Assembly: GCA_965228735.1 (NCBI GenBank)
Contig: OZ245838.1
Coordinates: forward strand, 3,104,001-3,168,000
Origin: Planctomycetota bacterium
Lineage (GTDB): Bacteria > Planctomycetota > UBA1135 > UBA2386
Reading direction: 5' to 3'
Length of the DNA: 64,000 nucleotides
Below, one piece after another: positions 51,162-64,000 of this stretch; position 1 is the first letter of the stretch; every line of letters starts with the position of its first letter. The position numbers and the translations under genes are program-made. The notes beneath the pieces were generated by a model, which saw nothing but the letters and a program-made list of their open reading frames with translations, made no database searches and was not told where the DNA came from.

Positions 51162-53728
51162 CAGAAGGCTCCGATCGTCAGGTTCAGCGCGTTCGTGCTG
51201 CTGACCGACAGCAGCGCGCCCTGGGGAGCGAGCTCGCCCTGCAGGAACTGGTGGGCGAACGTGACGCCGGCGAAGACCGGGTCGTTGGGGATCGAGAACT
51301 GCTGCGTCGCGGTCCCCTGGGCCGGCACGACGAGTTGGATCGCCTCGGTGCTGGTCGAGAGCTCGCAGCCGGCGATGCCGCTCGGGTGCAGCTGCGCGAG
51401 CGGCAGGCTCTGCTGGTTGAGACCGACGAGGGCGACACCGAGGCTCCCGGCGGCGAAACCGGTCGCGGTCGACGCGAACGTCGAGCCGGTCCATGGCAGC
51501 GTGTCGGCCGTCAGGGCCATCGGGCCCGCCGGTCCGACGCAGGTCGAGCCGAAGGCCACGGCGCTCGCCGGGCAGGTCGTCGACAGCCGCGCGATCCACG
51601 GCGAGGGCACGCCACCGACGACCGTGAACGAGCCGCCGACCACGACGTCGCCGTTCGGCATGACGTCCATCGCTTCGACCGTGTCGCCCCCGAACGTCGA
51701 CGAGCCGAGCTCGAGGCCGTACCAGGCGGTGCCGTCGTAGCGCATGATGCCGTTGCCGGCGGCCCCTTGGAACGTCGCGAAGTCACCCCCGACCAGCAGG
51801 TCGCCGTTCGGCAGGATCTCGAGGGCGAAGACGTCGAGGTTGCCGCCACTGGGTGTCAGTGCCGACCAGTTCGAACCGTCCCAGCGCGCGATGCCCCCGG
51901 CGCTCGCGCCGCCGGCCGTGCTGAACTCGCCGCCGACGATCAGATCGCCGTTCGGCAGGCGCACGATGGCGTGAACCCGGTTGTTGAGCCCGGCGCCGAG
52001 CGGCGACCAGGTCGTGCCATCCCAGCGGGCGATGCGATCGGCGCTGACCCCGCCGGCCGTGGTGAACGAGCCGCCGACGATCAGGTCCCCGTTCGGCAGC
52101 GCTTCGACGGCGTGGACCTGGCTCGATACCCCGGTGCCGAGCGGGTGCCAGGTCGTGCCGTCCCAGCGCGCGATGCTGTTGGCCGCCACACCATCGACGA
52201 CGCTGAACAGTCCGGCCGCGATCAGGTCCCCGTTGTCGAGCACTTCGAGGGCGTCGACGAACTGCCACGAACCGCCCGACATGCCGGTGCCGAACCGGTT
52301 CCAGTTGGTGCCGTCCCAGCGGGCGATCATGCGCGCCGGCACGCCGCCCGCGAGCACGAAGATGCCGCCGGCCACGATGTCGCCGTTCTGCAGCCTGGCC
52401 AGGGCCTGAACCCCGTGACTCGGCAAGCCGCCGACCATGCCCGAGCTGAACGGCTGCCAGTCCGAACCGTCCCAGCGCGCGATCTTGCTGGCCTGGACGC
52501 TGCCGGCCTGCGTGAAGTCGCCGCCGGCGATGATCTCGCCGTTCGGGAGTGCGAGCACCGATTCGACCTTCTGATCCATGCCCGGACCGATCGCCGACCA
52601 GCTCGAACCGTCCCAACGCGCCACGCGCGTCATCGGCGTCGTCCCGCTCGTGAGGAAGTTGCCGCCCGCGATGAGATCACCCCCGGTGGTCTCGGCGAGA
52701 GCGTAGACCGTGGATGACAGCCCCTGGTCGAGGCCCGACCAGGCCGAGCCGTCCCAGCGCGCCACGCGCTCGAAGGGGGAGCTGAACGAACCGCCGGCAA
52801 TGATGTCGCCATTGGCCATCGTGAAGAGCACGTCGACCGTGCTGGAGAGGCCACCGCCGACGGCCGACCAACCGGCGCCGTTCCAGCGCGCGACGCGATT
52901 CGCCGGCACCCCACCGGCGCTCGAGAACGCACCGCCGACGATCACGTCGCCGTTCTGCGCGATCGTCAATGACTCCACCCGTTGCGTGATACCGAGACCG
53001 AGCCAGTTCCAGCTCGTGCCGTCCCAACGCGCGATGTTGTTGCAAGGCACTCCACCGGCGATCGTGAACGAACCGGCCGCGACGATGTCACCATTGGCGA
53101 GGCTCGCGATCTCGCTGACCCGAGCGCCCGGGGTGCCGCCGATGCCCCCGGCGAATCCGGTCCACGAACTGCCGTCCCAACGCGCGATGCAATCGGTCGG
53201 CGCCCCGGTGCTCACCGTGAACGAACCGCCGGCCACCAGATCACCGTTGGCGAGGACGTGCAATGCGTCCACCGCGAATCCGAGGCCGCCGCCGATGTCG
53301 CTCCAGTTCGAGCCGTCCCAACGCGCGATGCCGGCCGTCATGACCGAGCCCGCCGTCGCGAACGAGCCGCCGACGGCAAGGTCGCCGTTCGGCAGGACCG
53401 CGAGCGCGGTGACGGTGCCGTCGACGCCGTCGCCGAGCGTCGAGAACGCATTGGTCGCCAGATCGTAGATCGCGATGTTGTTGGTCGAGGTGGCGCCGGC
53501 CGCGTCGAACCGCCCGCCGACGACCAGCACCGGGGCGGCCGGCCCGGCACCGTCCGGGTCCCACTCCACCACCGCGTAGGCGGTACCGGAGACGCCCGCG
53601 AGCGCCGACGTCTGCAGCCAGATGTTGTCGCACTGGGCCAGGGCCGGCCGCGATGGCGAGAGCAGCACGACGCCCGCGATCAGCAGACTGCGCGGCACGA
53701 GATAGAATACGCAGGAAAGGAAACGCAT
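51161..53728 (-). CDS. Secreted WDG-repeat beta-propeller protein (paralog 1) with the shared C-terminal domain
   Basis: Signal ALA|QC; about 14 LPNGDL.aGG.F..aGGv.a..IARWDG..W units. Confidence 0.88.
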   Translation of the reverse strand: MRFLSCVFYLVPRSLLIAGVVLLSPSRPALAQCDNIWLQTSALAGVSGTAYAVVEWDPDGAGPAAPVLVVGGRFDAAGATSTNNIAIYDLATNAFSTLGDGVDGTVTALAVLPNGDLAVGGSFATAGSVMTAGIARWDGSNWSDIGGGLGFAVDALHVLANGDLVAGGSFTVSTGAPTDCIARWDGSSWTGFAGGIGGTPGARVSEIASLANGDIVAAGSFTIAGGVPCNNIARWDGTSWNWLGLGITQRVESLTIAQNGDVIVGGAFSSAGGVPANRVARWNGAGWSAVGGGLSSTVDVLFTMANGDIIAGGSFSSPFERVARWDGSAWSGLDQGLSSTVYALAETTGGDLIAGGNFLTSGTTPMTRVARWDGSSWSAIGPGMDQKVESVLALPNGEIIAGGDFTQAGSVQASKIARWDGSDWQPFSSGMVGGLPSHGVQALARLQNGDIVAGGIFVLAGGVPARMIARWDGTNWNRFGTGMSGGSWQFVDALEVLDNGDLIAAGLFSVVDGVAANSIARWDGTTWHPLGTGVSSQVHAVEALPNGDLIVGGSFTTAGGVSADRIARWDGTTWSPLGAGLNNRVHAIVRLPNGDLIVGGEFSTAGGASAGGIARWDGSNWSALTPSGGNLDVFALEILPNGDLLVGGDFATFQGAAGNGIMRYDGTAWYGLELGSSTFGGDTVEAMDVMPNGDVVVGGSFTVVGGVPSPWIARLSTTCPASAVAFGSTCVGPAGPMALTADTLPWTGSTFASTATGFAAGSLGVALVGLNQQSLPLAQLHPSGIAGCELSTSTEAIQLVVPAQGTATQQFSIPNDPVFAGVTFAHQFLQGELAPQGALLSVSSTNALNLTIGAF

Positions 53729-53899
53729 TGGAAGGTCGAGCACTCGGCGGAGTCGGCGGCTACGGCGCCAAAACGGGCCCAGTGTAACGCCAAAAAGCCA
53801 GCTCCCCGCGGCAGGCAACACGAAGTCGCGCCTTCCACCGGCGATGCCGCTGCGAGTTCGGCGGCGCCGCCTGGCGATCCGCTCCCGGCGGACGACCCG

Positions 53900-56266
<2,367 letters not shown>

Positions 56267-56423
56267 GCTTGCTCCGATTGGTTCCTGGGTGGTGCGGCTA
56301 CAGCCGCGAGAGGGGATCCGGCCAGGATACGCGATTCGCAATACCGCGTGGGCCCGAGCGAACCGCGGCGACGGGTTTCGCACGGGCAAGCAACTTCGGT
56401 GCCGTCGGGAACGCGATCTTGAC

Positions 56424-57677
56424 TCAGCCGGCGCGCCCGGCCGCGACGTCGGCGCGGTACTCCTCGAGCACCCCACCGAGGATCGCGATGTCCGACTCGA
56501 ACGTCTCCGGCAGCAGCGGACCGAAGGAGAACCGGAACCAGCCGTCGTACGGCGACACGTAGCCCGGCTCCTTGCTGTGCGGGCGCGCCATGTCGCAGTC
56601 CTTGCCCTCGAGGATCGCGGCACCGTGCTTGAAGAGGCGGCGGTTGAGTTCGCTCGCGTTGAGGCCGTCGGGCAGCTTGAGCCAGTGGTAGAAGCCGCCG
56701 TCGCCCGTGAAGACGGACAGGCCCATCTTCTCGAAGGCCTCACCGTAGCGCTGCCGCTGCATGCCGTAGTGCCGCTCGACCGCCTCGCGCGCTTGCGCCA
56801 CACGTTCGGGCTGCAGCAGTTCGGCCGCGTAGAGCTGCGACGGATGGCTCACGCCGCCCATGCCGAAGCTGCTGAAGTTGGCGAGCGTCGCGACGTTCTG
56901 CTTGCTCGCGATGATCCAGCCGATGCGGATGCCGGGGCACTGCAACCCCTTGGTGCACGCGCCGGCGAGGAACACGTTGCTGTCGTCCAGGTCCTTGACG
57001 TACCGGATGCCGCTGACGCCCTTGCTCGGGTGGAACATCTCGTAGGCCTCGTCGAGCAGGATGCCGTTCTTGTCCTGCTCGGCCATGGCGATGAGCTCTT
57101 CGAGCTCGGCGCCGGCGCGCGTGTGGCCGGTCGGGTTGCCGGGGTTGCTGATGATCGGCAGCAGGTGCGTCTTGGCGTTGAGGCCGCTGCGATCGAAGTA
57201 GGCCGCGTTCTCCGGGTGGAAGCCGTTCTCCTCGGTGAACGGCACGACGCGCCAGTCGGAGTTCGTCTGCGTGAGGATGTCGAGGTAGGCCGGCCACTCG
57301 GCGTTGCCGATGCGGACCTCGACGTGTGCCTTCAAGAACGCGAGCACGGCGTAGATGCCGGGGCGGCCGCCGGCGAAGACCATGACGTTCTCGGGCGCGA
57401 TGGACGAGCCGTAGAAGTCGTTGTAGTGCTGCGCGATCGCGTCGCGCAGCTTCGGGTGTCCCCACGCCTTGGGATAGAACCGATCCTCCCACGTCACCTC
57501 GACCTGGCTCGGCAACGGCGGTCCGCCTTCGAGCTGCGTCGTCAACGGGAAGCCCTGCGACCACGGGTGCGTGCCCGCGGTCCCCATGAATTGCCCGAAG
57601 CTGTCGCGGAACGCGTAGAGGGTCTCGTAGATGCCCATCGGCGGGCAGTCGTCGGACAAGAACGAGGCGCGGCGCAT
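56424..57677 (-). CDS. PLP-dependent aminotransferase class I/II
   Basis: SNPGNPTG, LDEAY, TK(PLP Lys)GLQCPGIRIGW and RFSF motifs. Confidence 0.9.
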   Translation of the reverse strand: MRRASFLSDDCPPMGIYETLYAFRDSFGQFMGTAGTHPWSQGFPLTTQLEGGPPLPSQVEVTWEDRFYPKAWGHPKLRDAIAQHYNDFYGSSIAPENVMVFAGGRPGIYAVLAFLKAHVEVRIGNAEWPAYLDILTQTNSDWRVVPFTEENGFHPENAAYFDRSGLNAKTHLLPIISNPGNPTGHTRAGAELEELIAMAEQDKNGILLDEAYEMFHPSKGVSGIRYVKDLDDSNVFLAGACTKGLQCPGIRIGWIIASKQNVATLANFSSFGMGGVSHPSQLYAAELLQPERVAQAREAVERHYGMQRQRYGEAFEKMGLSVFTGDGGFYHWLKLPDGLNASELNRRLFKHGAAILEGKDCDMARPHSKEPGYVSPYDGWFRFSFGPLLPETFESDIAILGGVLEEYRADVAAGRAG

Positions 57678-57781
57678 GACTCGCGTTCTATCCGCAGCGA
57701 ACGGTGCGGCGCGACCTCGATTCGGCAGACCGACCGACTGCCCGCAAATCCCGCCGGCTGCGCTACATTCTCCGGTCAGCC

Positions 57782-60700
57782 ATGCCGCGTCGCCACGCCG
57801 TCACCCTGCTCGCTGCCATCGCTGCCATCGGCGGCACCCTGACCGCCCAGCAGCAGCCGGCGATCGACTTCGATCGGCAGATCCGTCCGATCCTGTCCAA
57901 CCACTGCTTCGCGTGTCACGGTCCGGACGAGGAGCATCGCGCCGCCGACCTGCGCCTCGACCGCAAGGACGACGCCTTCGCGGTGATCACGCCGGGTGAC
58001 GCGGCGGGCAGCGAGCTGATCCGACGAATCGGGCACGCCGATCCCGACGAGCTGATGCCGCCGCCCGCAGCGGATCAGCCGCTCGACGACGCCGAGAAGG
58101 CGCTGCTCGAGCGCTGGATCGAGGCCGGCGCACCTTGGGCCGAACACTGGTCGCTCGTGCCGCCGCAACAGCCCGACCTGCCGACCGTGCGCGACGTGGC
58201 GTGGGCCAGGGATCCCGTCGACCGGTTCGTGCTCGCCCGCCTCGAGGACGAAGGGCTGACGCCGAACCCGGCGGCCGACCGCCGCGCCCTGCTGCGGCGG
58301 GTGACGCTCGACCTCACGGGTCTGCCGCCGTCACCGGCGGAGCTGCAGGCGTTCCTCGCGGACGAGTCGCCGGATGCGTACGAACGCGCGGTGGACCGGC
58401 TGCTCGATTCGCCGCGCTACGGCGAACACATGGCGCGCTTCTGGCTCGACGCGGCGCGCTACGGCGACACGCACGGCCTGCACCTCGACAACTACCGCGA
58501 GATGTGGCCCTACCGCGACTGGGTCGTGCGCGCGTTCAACGACAACCTGCGATACGACGAGTTCGTCGTCGAGCAGCTCGCCGGCGATCTCCTGCCGGAG
58601 CCGACCGTCGACCAGCGGGTCGCGTCGGGCTTCAACCGCTGCCACATCTCGACCAACGAGGGCGGCTCGATCAAGGAAGAGGTCTACGTCCGCAACGTGA
58701 TCGACCGGGTCAGCACCACGGGCACGGTCTTCCTCGGTTTGACGCTCGGCTGCGCCGTCTGTCACGACCACAAGTTCGATCCGATCCGAAAGCGCGAGGT
58801 CTACCAGCTCTTCGCGTTCTTCAACAACCTCGACGGCGACGCGATGGACGGCAACGCCAAGGCGCCGGCCCCCGTGATGAAGGTGCAGACGCCGGCGCAA
58901 CGCGACGAGCTCGCGCAGCTGGCGCGAGATCAGGCGGGGATCGACGCGCGGTTCGCCGAACGGTTGCGCGCCTTCGACTACGCCGACCCGGCGGCGCCGA
59001 CGGCCGACGGGTCGCCGCCGCGCCGGGAGATCGTCTGGATCGACGACGAGCTGCCACCGGGCGCGCTGCCCGAAGCGCCCGAGTTCTCGTGGGTCGACGA
59101 CCCCGCGCTCGTGCACCGCGGTTCGCGCGCGCTGGTGCGGCGCACCAGCGGCGTCGAACAGGAGTTCTTCCGAACCGCCGACACCAAGCTGCGGGTCGCG
59201 GCCGGCGACGTCCTGTTCGCCTGGGTGCGGATCGATCCGGACGACGTGCCCGATGAGCTCATGCTGCAGTGGAACAGCGACGGCCGCGACGGCTGGCTGC
59301 ACGGCGCGTATTGGGGCAGCAACGCGATCCCCTACGGCAAGGACGGCACGTCGCAGCGCGTGCGCATGGGTGACGTGCCGGCCGGCGGCGAGTGGGTCCG
59401 GCTCGAGGTGCCCGTCGCGCGCGTCGGCCTGCGGCCCGGCATGGCCGTGCACGGTCTCGCGTTCACGCAGAAGGGCGGCACGTCGTACTGGGACGCGATC
59501 GGCATCGCGACCAGCGCGCGGCAGGGCAGCGAGGACTGGGTCTGGATCGATGACGACGCCCCCGACGGCGCGAAGCTGCAGGGCAACGGTCGCGTCTGGC
59601 AGTGGCACCGCGGCGGGACGAAGCGCGTGCCGACGCCGCACAGCGGCACGCGTCTGCTGCGCCGGTCGGGCCACGGGCTCAACCAGGACTTCTTCACCGG
59701 CGCGCGGACGCCGCTGCGCGTGCAGGACGGTGATCGGTTGTTCGCCTACGCGTGGCTCGATCCGAAGGACCCGCCGCGCTCGGTGCAGCTGCAGTTCAAC
59801 GTCGGCGGCAGCTGGGAGCACCGCGTTCGTTGGGGGGCGCCGGCGCACGGAGCCGGCCGCAAGAACGGCGCCGACCTCGTCGCGGGCGAGCTGCCGAAGA
59901 CCGGCGAGTGGGTGCGGCTTGAGGTCGACCTCGCGGCGGTCGGGATCCGACCCGGCGAGGCGATCAACGGCTGGGCCTTCACGAAGGTCGACGGCACCGT
60001 GTGCTGGGACCGTGCCGGGGTGCATACCCACGGGCCGCCCGACGACAGCCATCGCCGTTCGCTCAGCGCGTGGGAGCCGATCGGTCGCGAGAGCGCCGAT
60101 GTGCCGGAGGACGTGCGGACCGCTCTCGCGCAGCCGGCTGAGGAGCGCACCGCAGCGCAACGCCAGGCCATCCGCGATCACTGGCTCCGGCACGTGTGGA
60201 TCGACTCCCGCGCGACGTTCACCGAACTGCATCGCGCCGTCGACGAGATCGAGACCCGCCGCGAGGCCATCGAAAAGTCGACGCCGACCACGCTGGTCAT
60301 GGTCGAACGCAGCGAGCCGCGCCCCGCGTACGACCTCATGCGCGGCGCCTACGACAGCAAGGGCCAGCAGGTCGAACGCCGCACGCCCGCCGCGCTGCCG
60401 CCGATGGCGCCCGACCTGCCGCGCGACCGCCTCGGGCTCGCGCGCTGGCTCGTCGACGACGATCACCCGCTCACGGCGCGCGTCGCCGTCAATCGCTTCT
60501 GGCAGCAGGTGTTCGGCGTCGGGCTCGTGAAGACGAGCGAGGACTTCGGCAACCAGGGCGAACGCCCGAGCCACCCCGAGCTGCTCGACTGGCTCGCCGT
60601 GCAGTTCGTGCAGAGCGGCTGGGACGTCAAGGCGCTGATGCGCGCGCTCGTGACCTCGGCGACCTACCGCCAGAGCGCCCGCGTGCGGCCCGCCGTGCTC

Positions 60701-61384
60701 GCCCGCGACCCGGACAATCGGCTGCTCGCGCGCGGACCGCGCTACCGGCTCGACGGCGAGACGCTGCGCGATCAGGCGCTGATGCTCGGCGGCCTGCTCG
60801 TCGAGACCGTCGGCGGCCCACCCGTGAAGCCCCCGCAGCCTGCGGGCCTGTGGCGCGCGGTCGGCTACTCGTCTTCGAACACGGCGAAGTTCGTCGCCGA
60901 CACCGGACCCGAGAAGGTGCACCGCCGCAGCCTCTACACGTTCTGGAAGCGCACGGCTCCACCGCCGCAGTTCACGACGTTCGGCGCGCCGAGCCGCGAG
61001 GAGTGTCGCGTGCGCCGCGAACGCACCGACACCCCGATGCAGGCGCTGCTGCTGATGAACGATCCGCAGTTCGTCGAGTGTGCCCGCGCGTTCGCCGAAC
61101 GGATCCTGCGACGCGGCGACGACGACACGACCGATGCTGCGCGGATCCAGTGGGCCCTCGAGTGCGCGACGTGCCGCGCCCCGGATCCGGCGGACGTCGC
61201 CAGCACCAAGGCGCTGCTCGACCGGCAACGCCGCGCGTTCGCCGGCGACGCCGACGCGGCACGACAGCTCATCGCGATCGGCGCGGCCCCGCCGGACGAC
61301 TCGTTCGACGCCGTCGAGCTCGCGAGCTGGACGATGGTCGCCAACCTGATCCTCAACCTCGACACCGTGCTCACCAACGGCTGA
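57782..61384 (+). CDS. Planctomycete cytochrome c (PSCyt1)-DUF1549-DUF1553 (PSD1) protein with a duplicated insert domain
   Basis: [58 protein letters not shown] and [11 protein letters not shown] motifs. Confidence 0.93.
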   Translation: MPRRHAVTLLAAIAAIGGTLTAQQQPAIDFDRQIRPILSNHCFACHGPDEEHRAADLRLDRKDDAFAVITPGDAAGSELIRRIGHADPDELMPPPAADQPLDDAEKALLERWIEAGAPWAEHWSLVPPQQPDLPTVRDVAWARDPVDRFVLARLEDEGLTPNPAADRRALLRRVTLDLTGLPPSPAELQAFLADESPDAYERAVDRLLDSPRYGEHMARFWLDAARYGDTHGLHLDNYREMWPYRDWVVRAFNDNLRYDEFVVEQLAGDLLPEPTVDQRVASGFNRCHISTNEGGSIKEEVYVRNVIDRVSTTGTVFLGLTLGCAVCHDHKFDPIRKREVYQLFAFFNNLDGDAMDGNAKAPAPVMKVQTPAQRDELAQLARDQAGIDARFAERLRAFDYADPAAPTADGSPPRREIVWIDDELPPGALPEAPEFSWVDDPALVHRGSRALVRRTSGVEQEFFRTADTKLRVAAGDVLFAWVRIDPDDVPDELMLQWNSDGRDGWLHGAYWGSNAIPYGKDGTSQRVRMGDVPAGGEWVRLEVPVARVGLRPGMAVHGLAFTQKGGTSYWDAIGIATSARQGSEDWVWIDDDAPDGAKLQGNGRVWQWHRGGTKRVPTPHSGTRLLRRSGHGLNQDFFTGARTPLRVQDGDRLFAYAWLDPKDPPRSVQLQFNVGGSWEHRVRWGAPAHGAGRKNGADLVAGELPKTGEWVRLEVDLAAVGIRPGEAINGWAFTKVDGTVCWDRAGVHTHGPPDDSHRRSLSAWEPIGRESADVPEDVRTALAQPAEERTAAQRQAIRDHWLRHVWIDSRATFTELHRAVDEIETRREAIEKSTPTTLVMVERSEPRPAYDLMRGAYDSKGQQVERRTPAALPPMAPDLPRDRLGLARWLVDDDHPLTARVAVNRFWQQVFGVGLVKTSEDFGNQGERPSHPELLDWLAVQFVQSGWDVKALMRALVTSATYRQSARVRPAVLARDPDNRLLARGPRYRLDGETLRDQALMLGGLLVETVGGPPVKPPQPAGLWRAVGYSSSNTAKFVADTGPEKVHRRSLYTFWKRTAPPPQFTTFGAPSREECRVRRERTDTPMQALLLMNDPQFVECARAFAERILRRGDDDTTDAARIQWALECATCRAPDPADVASTKALLDRQRRAFAGDADAARQLIAIGAAPPDDSFDAVELASWTMVANLILNLDTVLTNG

Positions 61385-61391
61385 CGAACCC

Positions 61392-62867
61392 ATGGACCCG
61401 AGACTCGACTTCGCAAGGCAGCTCACGCGCCGGCACTTCTTCGGCGGCACGGCCATGGGACTCGGCAGCGCGGCGCTCGCGTCGATGCCCGGGCTCGCGC
61501 CCGCGACAGCCCCCACCGGGGCCATCGCGGGCGGCAATCGCGGGCTGCCGGACCTGCCGCACTTCGCACCGCGCGCCAAGCGCGCGATCTGGCTGTTCAT
61601 GGCCGGCGCGCCATCGCAGATCGACACGTTCGACTACAAGCCGAAGATGGCGGCGCTGTTCGACACCGACCTGCCGGAGTCGATTCGCCAGGGCCAGCGC
61701 CTCACGACGATGACGTCGGGCCAGAAGCGCTTCCCGATCGCCCCGTCGAAGTACCGCTTCACGCGCTACGACAACGGCGCCGATGGCGCGTGGGTGTCGG
61801 AGCTGATGCCGTACACGGCGCAGATGGTGCAGGACCTCGCGATCGTGCGCTCGGTCTACACGGAGGCGATCAACCACGACCCGGCGATCACGTTCATCAC
61901 GACGGGCCGCGAACTGCCGGGCCGCCCGTCGCTCGGTTCGTGGCTCAACTACGGCCTCGGGTCGGAGAACGCGGACCTGCCCGGCTTCGTCGTCATGACG
62001 CCGCGCTGGAGCGGGCGCCGCGACGCGCAGGCGCTCTACAACCGGCTCTGGGGTGCTGGCATGCTGCCCAACGAGCACGCCGGCGTCGCGCTGCGGCCGG
62101 ACGGTGACCCGGTGCTCTTCCTGCAGAATCCGGCCGGCGTCGACGGCAGCTCGCGCCGCGCGATGCTCGACGCGCTGGGCCAGATGAACGCGCGCATCGC
62201 GGAGCAGGTCGGCGACCCGGGCACCCGCGACCGCATCGCGCAGTACGAGCTCGCGTTCCGGATGCAGACGTCCGTGCCCGAGCTCACGAACCTGTCCGAC
62301 GAACCGGCGAGCACGGCCGCGATGTACGGCCCCGAGGCGAGCGAGCCCGGCACGTTCGCGAGCTCGTGCGTGCTCGCGCGCCGCATGATCGAACGCGGCG
62401 TCCGCTTCGTGCAGATCTTCCATCGCGGCTGGGATCAGCACGGCAACCTGACGGGCGATCTGCCGCGCCAGTGTGCCGACGTCGACCGCGCGTCGTGGGC
62501 GCTCGTGCAGGACCTCAAGCAGCGCGGCATGCTCGACGACACGCTCGTGATCTGGGGCGGCGAGTTCGGGCGCACGGTCTACTGCCAGGGCAAGCTGACC
62601 CGCAGCAACTACGGCCGCGACCACCATCCGCGGTGCTTCACGACGTGGCTGGCAGGCGGCGGCATTCGCCCTGGCCAGGTCTACGGTGAGACCGATGACT
62701 TCAGCTACAACATCGTCGACCGGCCGGTGCACGTGCGCGACCTCAACGCGACGATCCTGCACTGCCTCGGCATCGACCACGAACGGCTCTCTGTCGCCCA
62801 CCAGGGCCTCGACGTCCGCCTCACCGGCGTGGAGCCGGCGCGCGTCGTGAACGAGCTGTTGGCCTGA
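61392..62867 (+). CDS. DUF1501 family protein (Tat signal)
   Basis: [31 protein letters not shown] and GRDHH motifs. Confidence 0.93.
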   Translation: MDPRLDFARQLTRRHFFGGTAMGLGSAALASMPGLAPATAPTGAIAGGNRGLPDLPHFAPRAKRAIWLFMAGAPSQIDTFDYKPKMAALFDTDLPESIRQGQRLTTMTSGQKRFPIAPSKYRFTRYDNGADGAWVSELMPYTAQMVQDLAIVRSVYTEAINHDPAITFITTGRELPGRPSLGSWLNYGLGSENADLPGFVVMTPRWSGRRDAQALYNRLWGAGMLPNEHAGVALRPDGDPVLFLQNPAGVDGSSRRAMLDALGQMNARIAEQVGDPGTRDRIAQYELAFRMQTSVPELTNLSDEPASTAAMYGPEASEPGTFASSCVLARRMIERGVRFVQIFHRGWDQHGNLTGDLPRQCADVDRASWALVQDLKQRGMLDDTLVIWGGEFGRTVYCQGKLTRSNYGRDHHPRCFTTWLAGGGIRPGQVYGETDDFSYNIVDRPVHVRDLNATILHCLGIDHERLSVAHQGLDVRLTGVEPARVVNELLA

Positions 62868-62938
62868 GCGCGGCACGCCGAGCCGATTTTCGGCAGTTTC
62901 TACAGCAGGGTCCCGGCCGGAATCCGCCTGTCCTGGTC

Positions 62939-63634
62939 GTGTTCCAGTCCTTCGTCCAGCGGATCGCCCTGCTCGTCGCCGTCGCGAGCTCGGCGGTCGT
63001 TCCGTCCCCCGCTCAGGCAGCTCCGGATGCCCAGCGCCCGTTGCCGCTCGTGTTCCAGAAGAACCTCGGCGCGCACGATCCCGCGGTCCGCTTCGTCGCT
63101 CGTGGGCCGGGCTATCAGGCCCTGTTCACCGGCGATGCCGTCACGCTGGCGCTGCGGTCCCGCGGGCGGTTCGCGGCCACCAGCAAGATGGTATTCGTCG
63201 GCTCGGGCGCCGCCCGGATCACCGGCGAAGGCGAGCTGCCGACGCGGATCCACACCTTCCGTGGCGGGCGTGACCGGTGGACGTCGAACGCCCCGACGTA
63301 CGAACGCATTCGCTATCGCGGGGTATGGCCCGGCATCGACGTCGTGTTCTACGAACGCGCCGGCGAGCTCGAGTACGACTTCGTCGTGGCCCCCGGCACG
63401 GAGCCGGCCGCGATCCGGCTGCGCTTCGAGGGCGTCGAACGCCCCGTGGTCACGGCCACCGGGGCTCTGCGCCTGCAGTCACCGGCCGGCTTGCTCGAGC
63501 AGACCGCGCCGGTCGCGTTCCAGGGCGAGATCGCGGAACGTCGCCCGGTCACGAGCCGTTTCGTCGTCCACGCCGACGGCACCGTGCGGGCTGCGTCCGC
63601 GGCCGCCGCACGTTGGCTACCGCGGGTTCCGTAG
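62939..63634 (+). pseudogene. N-terminal domain of an SBBP-repeat-type secreted protein, truncated
   Basis: PLVFQKNLG, YRGVWPGIDV and LEYDFVVAPG motifs; stops before the usual LVIDP linker and repeats. Confidence 0.6.
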
Positions 63635-63636
63635 GT

Positions 63637-64000
63637 TCACTCCCGCGGGGCGGCGAGGCGGCGTTCGAGGCGGTGGTAGAGCCACGACGCGCCGACGAAC
63701 GTCACGCCCACGAGGATGAACGCGAGGATGCGGTAGAGCTGCTGCGCGCCCGACATGTCGAGCACGAGCACCTTGGCGGCCGTGAGCGCGAGCAGCGCGA
63801 GGGCCAGGAGCCGCAGTGGCCGGCGGTCGCGGGTGAAGCCGACCACGAGCAACACGACCGCGGTCACCACCCACGTCACGGTGATCGAGAACAAGGCACG
63901 GCGTTCGGCTTCGCCGCTCTCTTCGACATGAGCCAGGATCCAGACCGGCGGTTCGAGCGTCAGCGCGAGCAGGCCGACTGCGAGGGCGACCCAGCGGACC
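63637..64000 (-). CDS. DUF2339-like membrane protein, 3' end (starts beyond the window)
   Basis: KVLVLDMS...YRILAFILVGV...SWLY terminal motif. Confidence 0.75.
   Translation of the reverse strand, partial: VRWVALAVGLLALTLEPPVWILAHVEESGEAERRALFSITVTWVVTAVVLLVVGFTRDRRPLRLLALALLALTAAKVLVLDMSGAQQLYRILAFILVGVTFVGASWLYHRLERRLAAPRE

Overview
High-GC (roughly 70% by eye) chromosomal window, most likely from a Planctomycetota bacterium: it carries a PSCyt1/DUF1549/DUF1553 + DUF1501 pair, a DUF6797-type propeller protein, and many secreted FG-GAP and WDG-repeat proteins. All domain and family names come from recognising motifs by eye; no database search was run. The left ~39 kb is mostly housekeeping and metabolic: topA, nadA, zwf-opcA, acyl-CoA dehydrogenase, ROK kinase, ALDH7, a Kef-type antiporter, hydrolases and tRNA-Val(CAC). 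It also holds a pentaheme cytochrome operon and a sigma54 regulatory islet. Downstream of the tRNA lies a decayed accessory region with integrase, IS91 transposase and ftsH scraps, followed by four large secreted repeat proteins. Main candidate for an undescribed system: five (possibly six) secreted proteins with different cargo domains share a ~110-140 aa terminal beta-rich domain, and nearly all predicted signal-peptidase-I substrates start with Gln. This is consistent with a lineage-specific C-terminal sorting or anchoring pathway, but it is inference only. Other highlights: a homoserine-kinase-like gene with rewired substrate motifs next to ALDH7, a complete sigma54 promoter plus enhancer driving a small membrane protein, many apparent leaderless promoters, and two long inverted-repeat elements.
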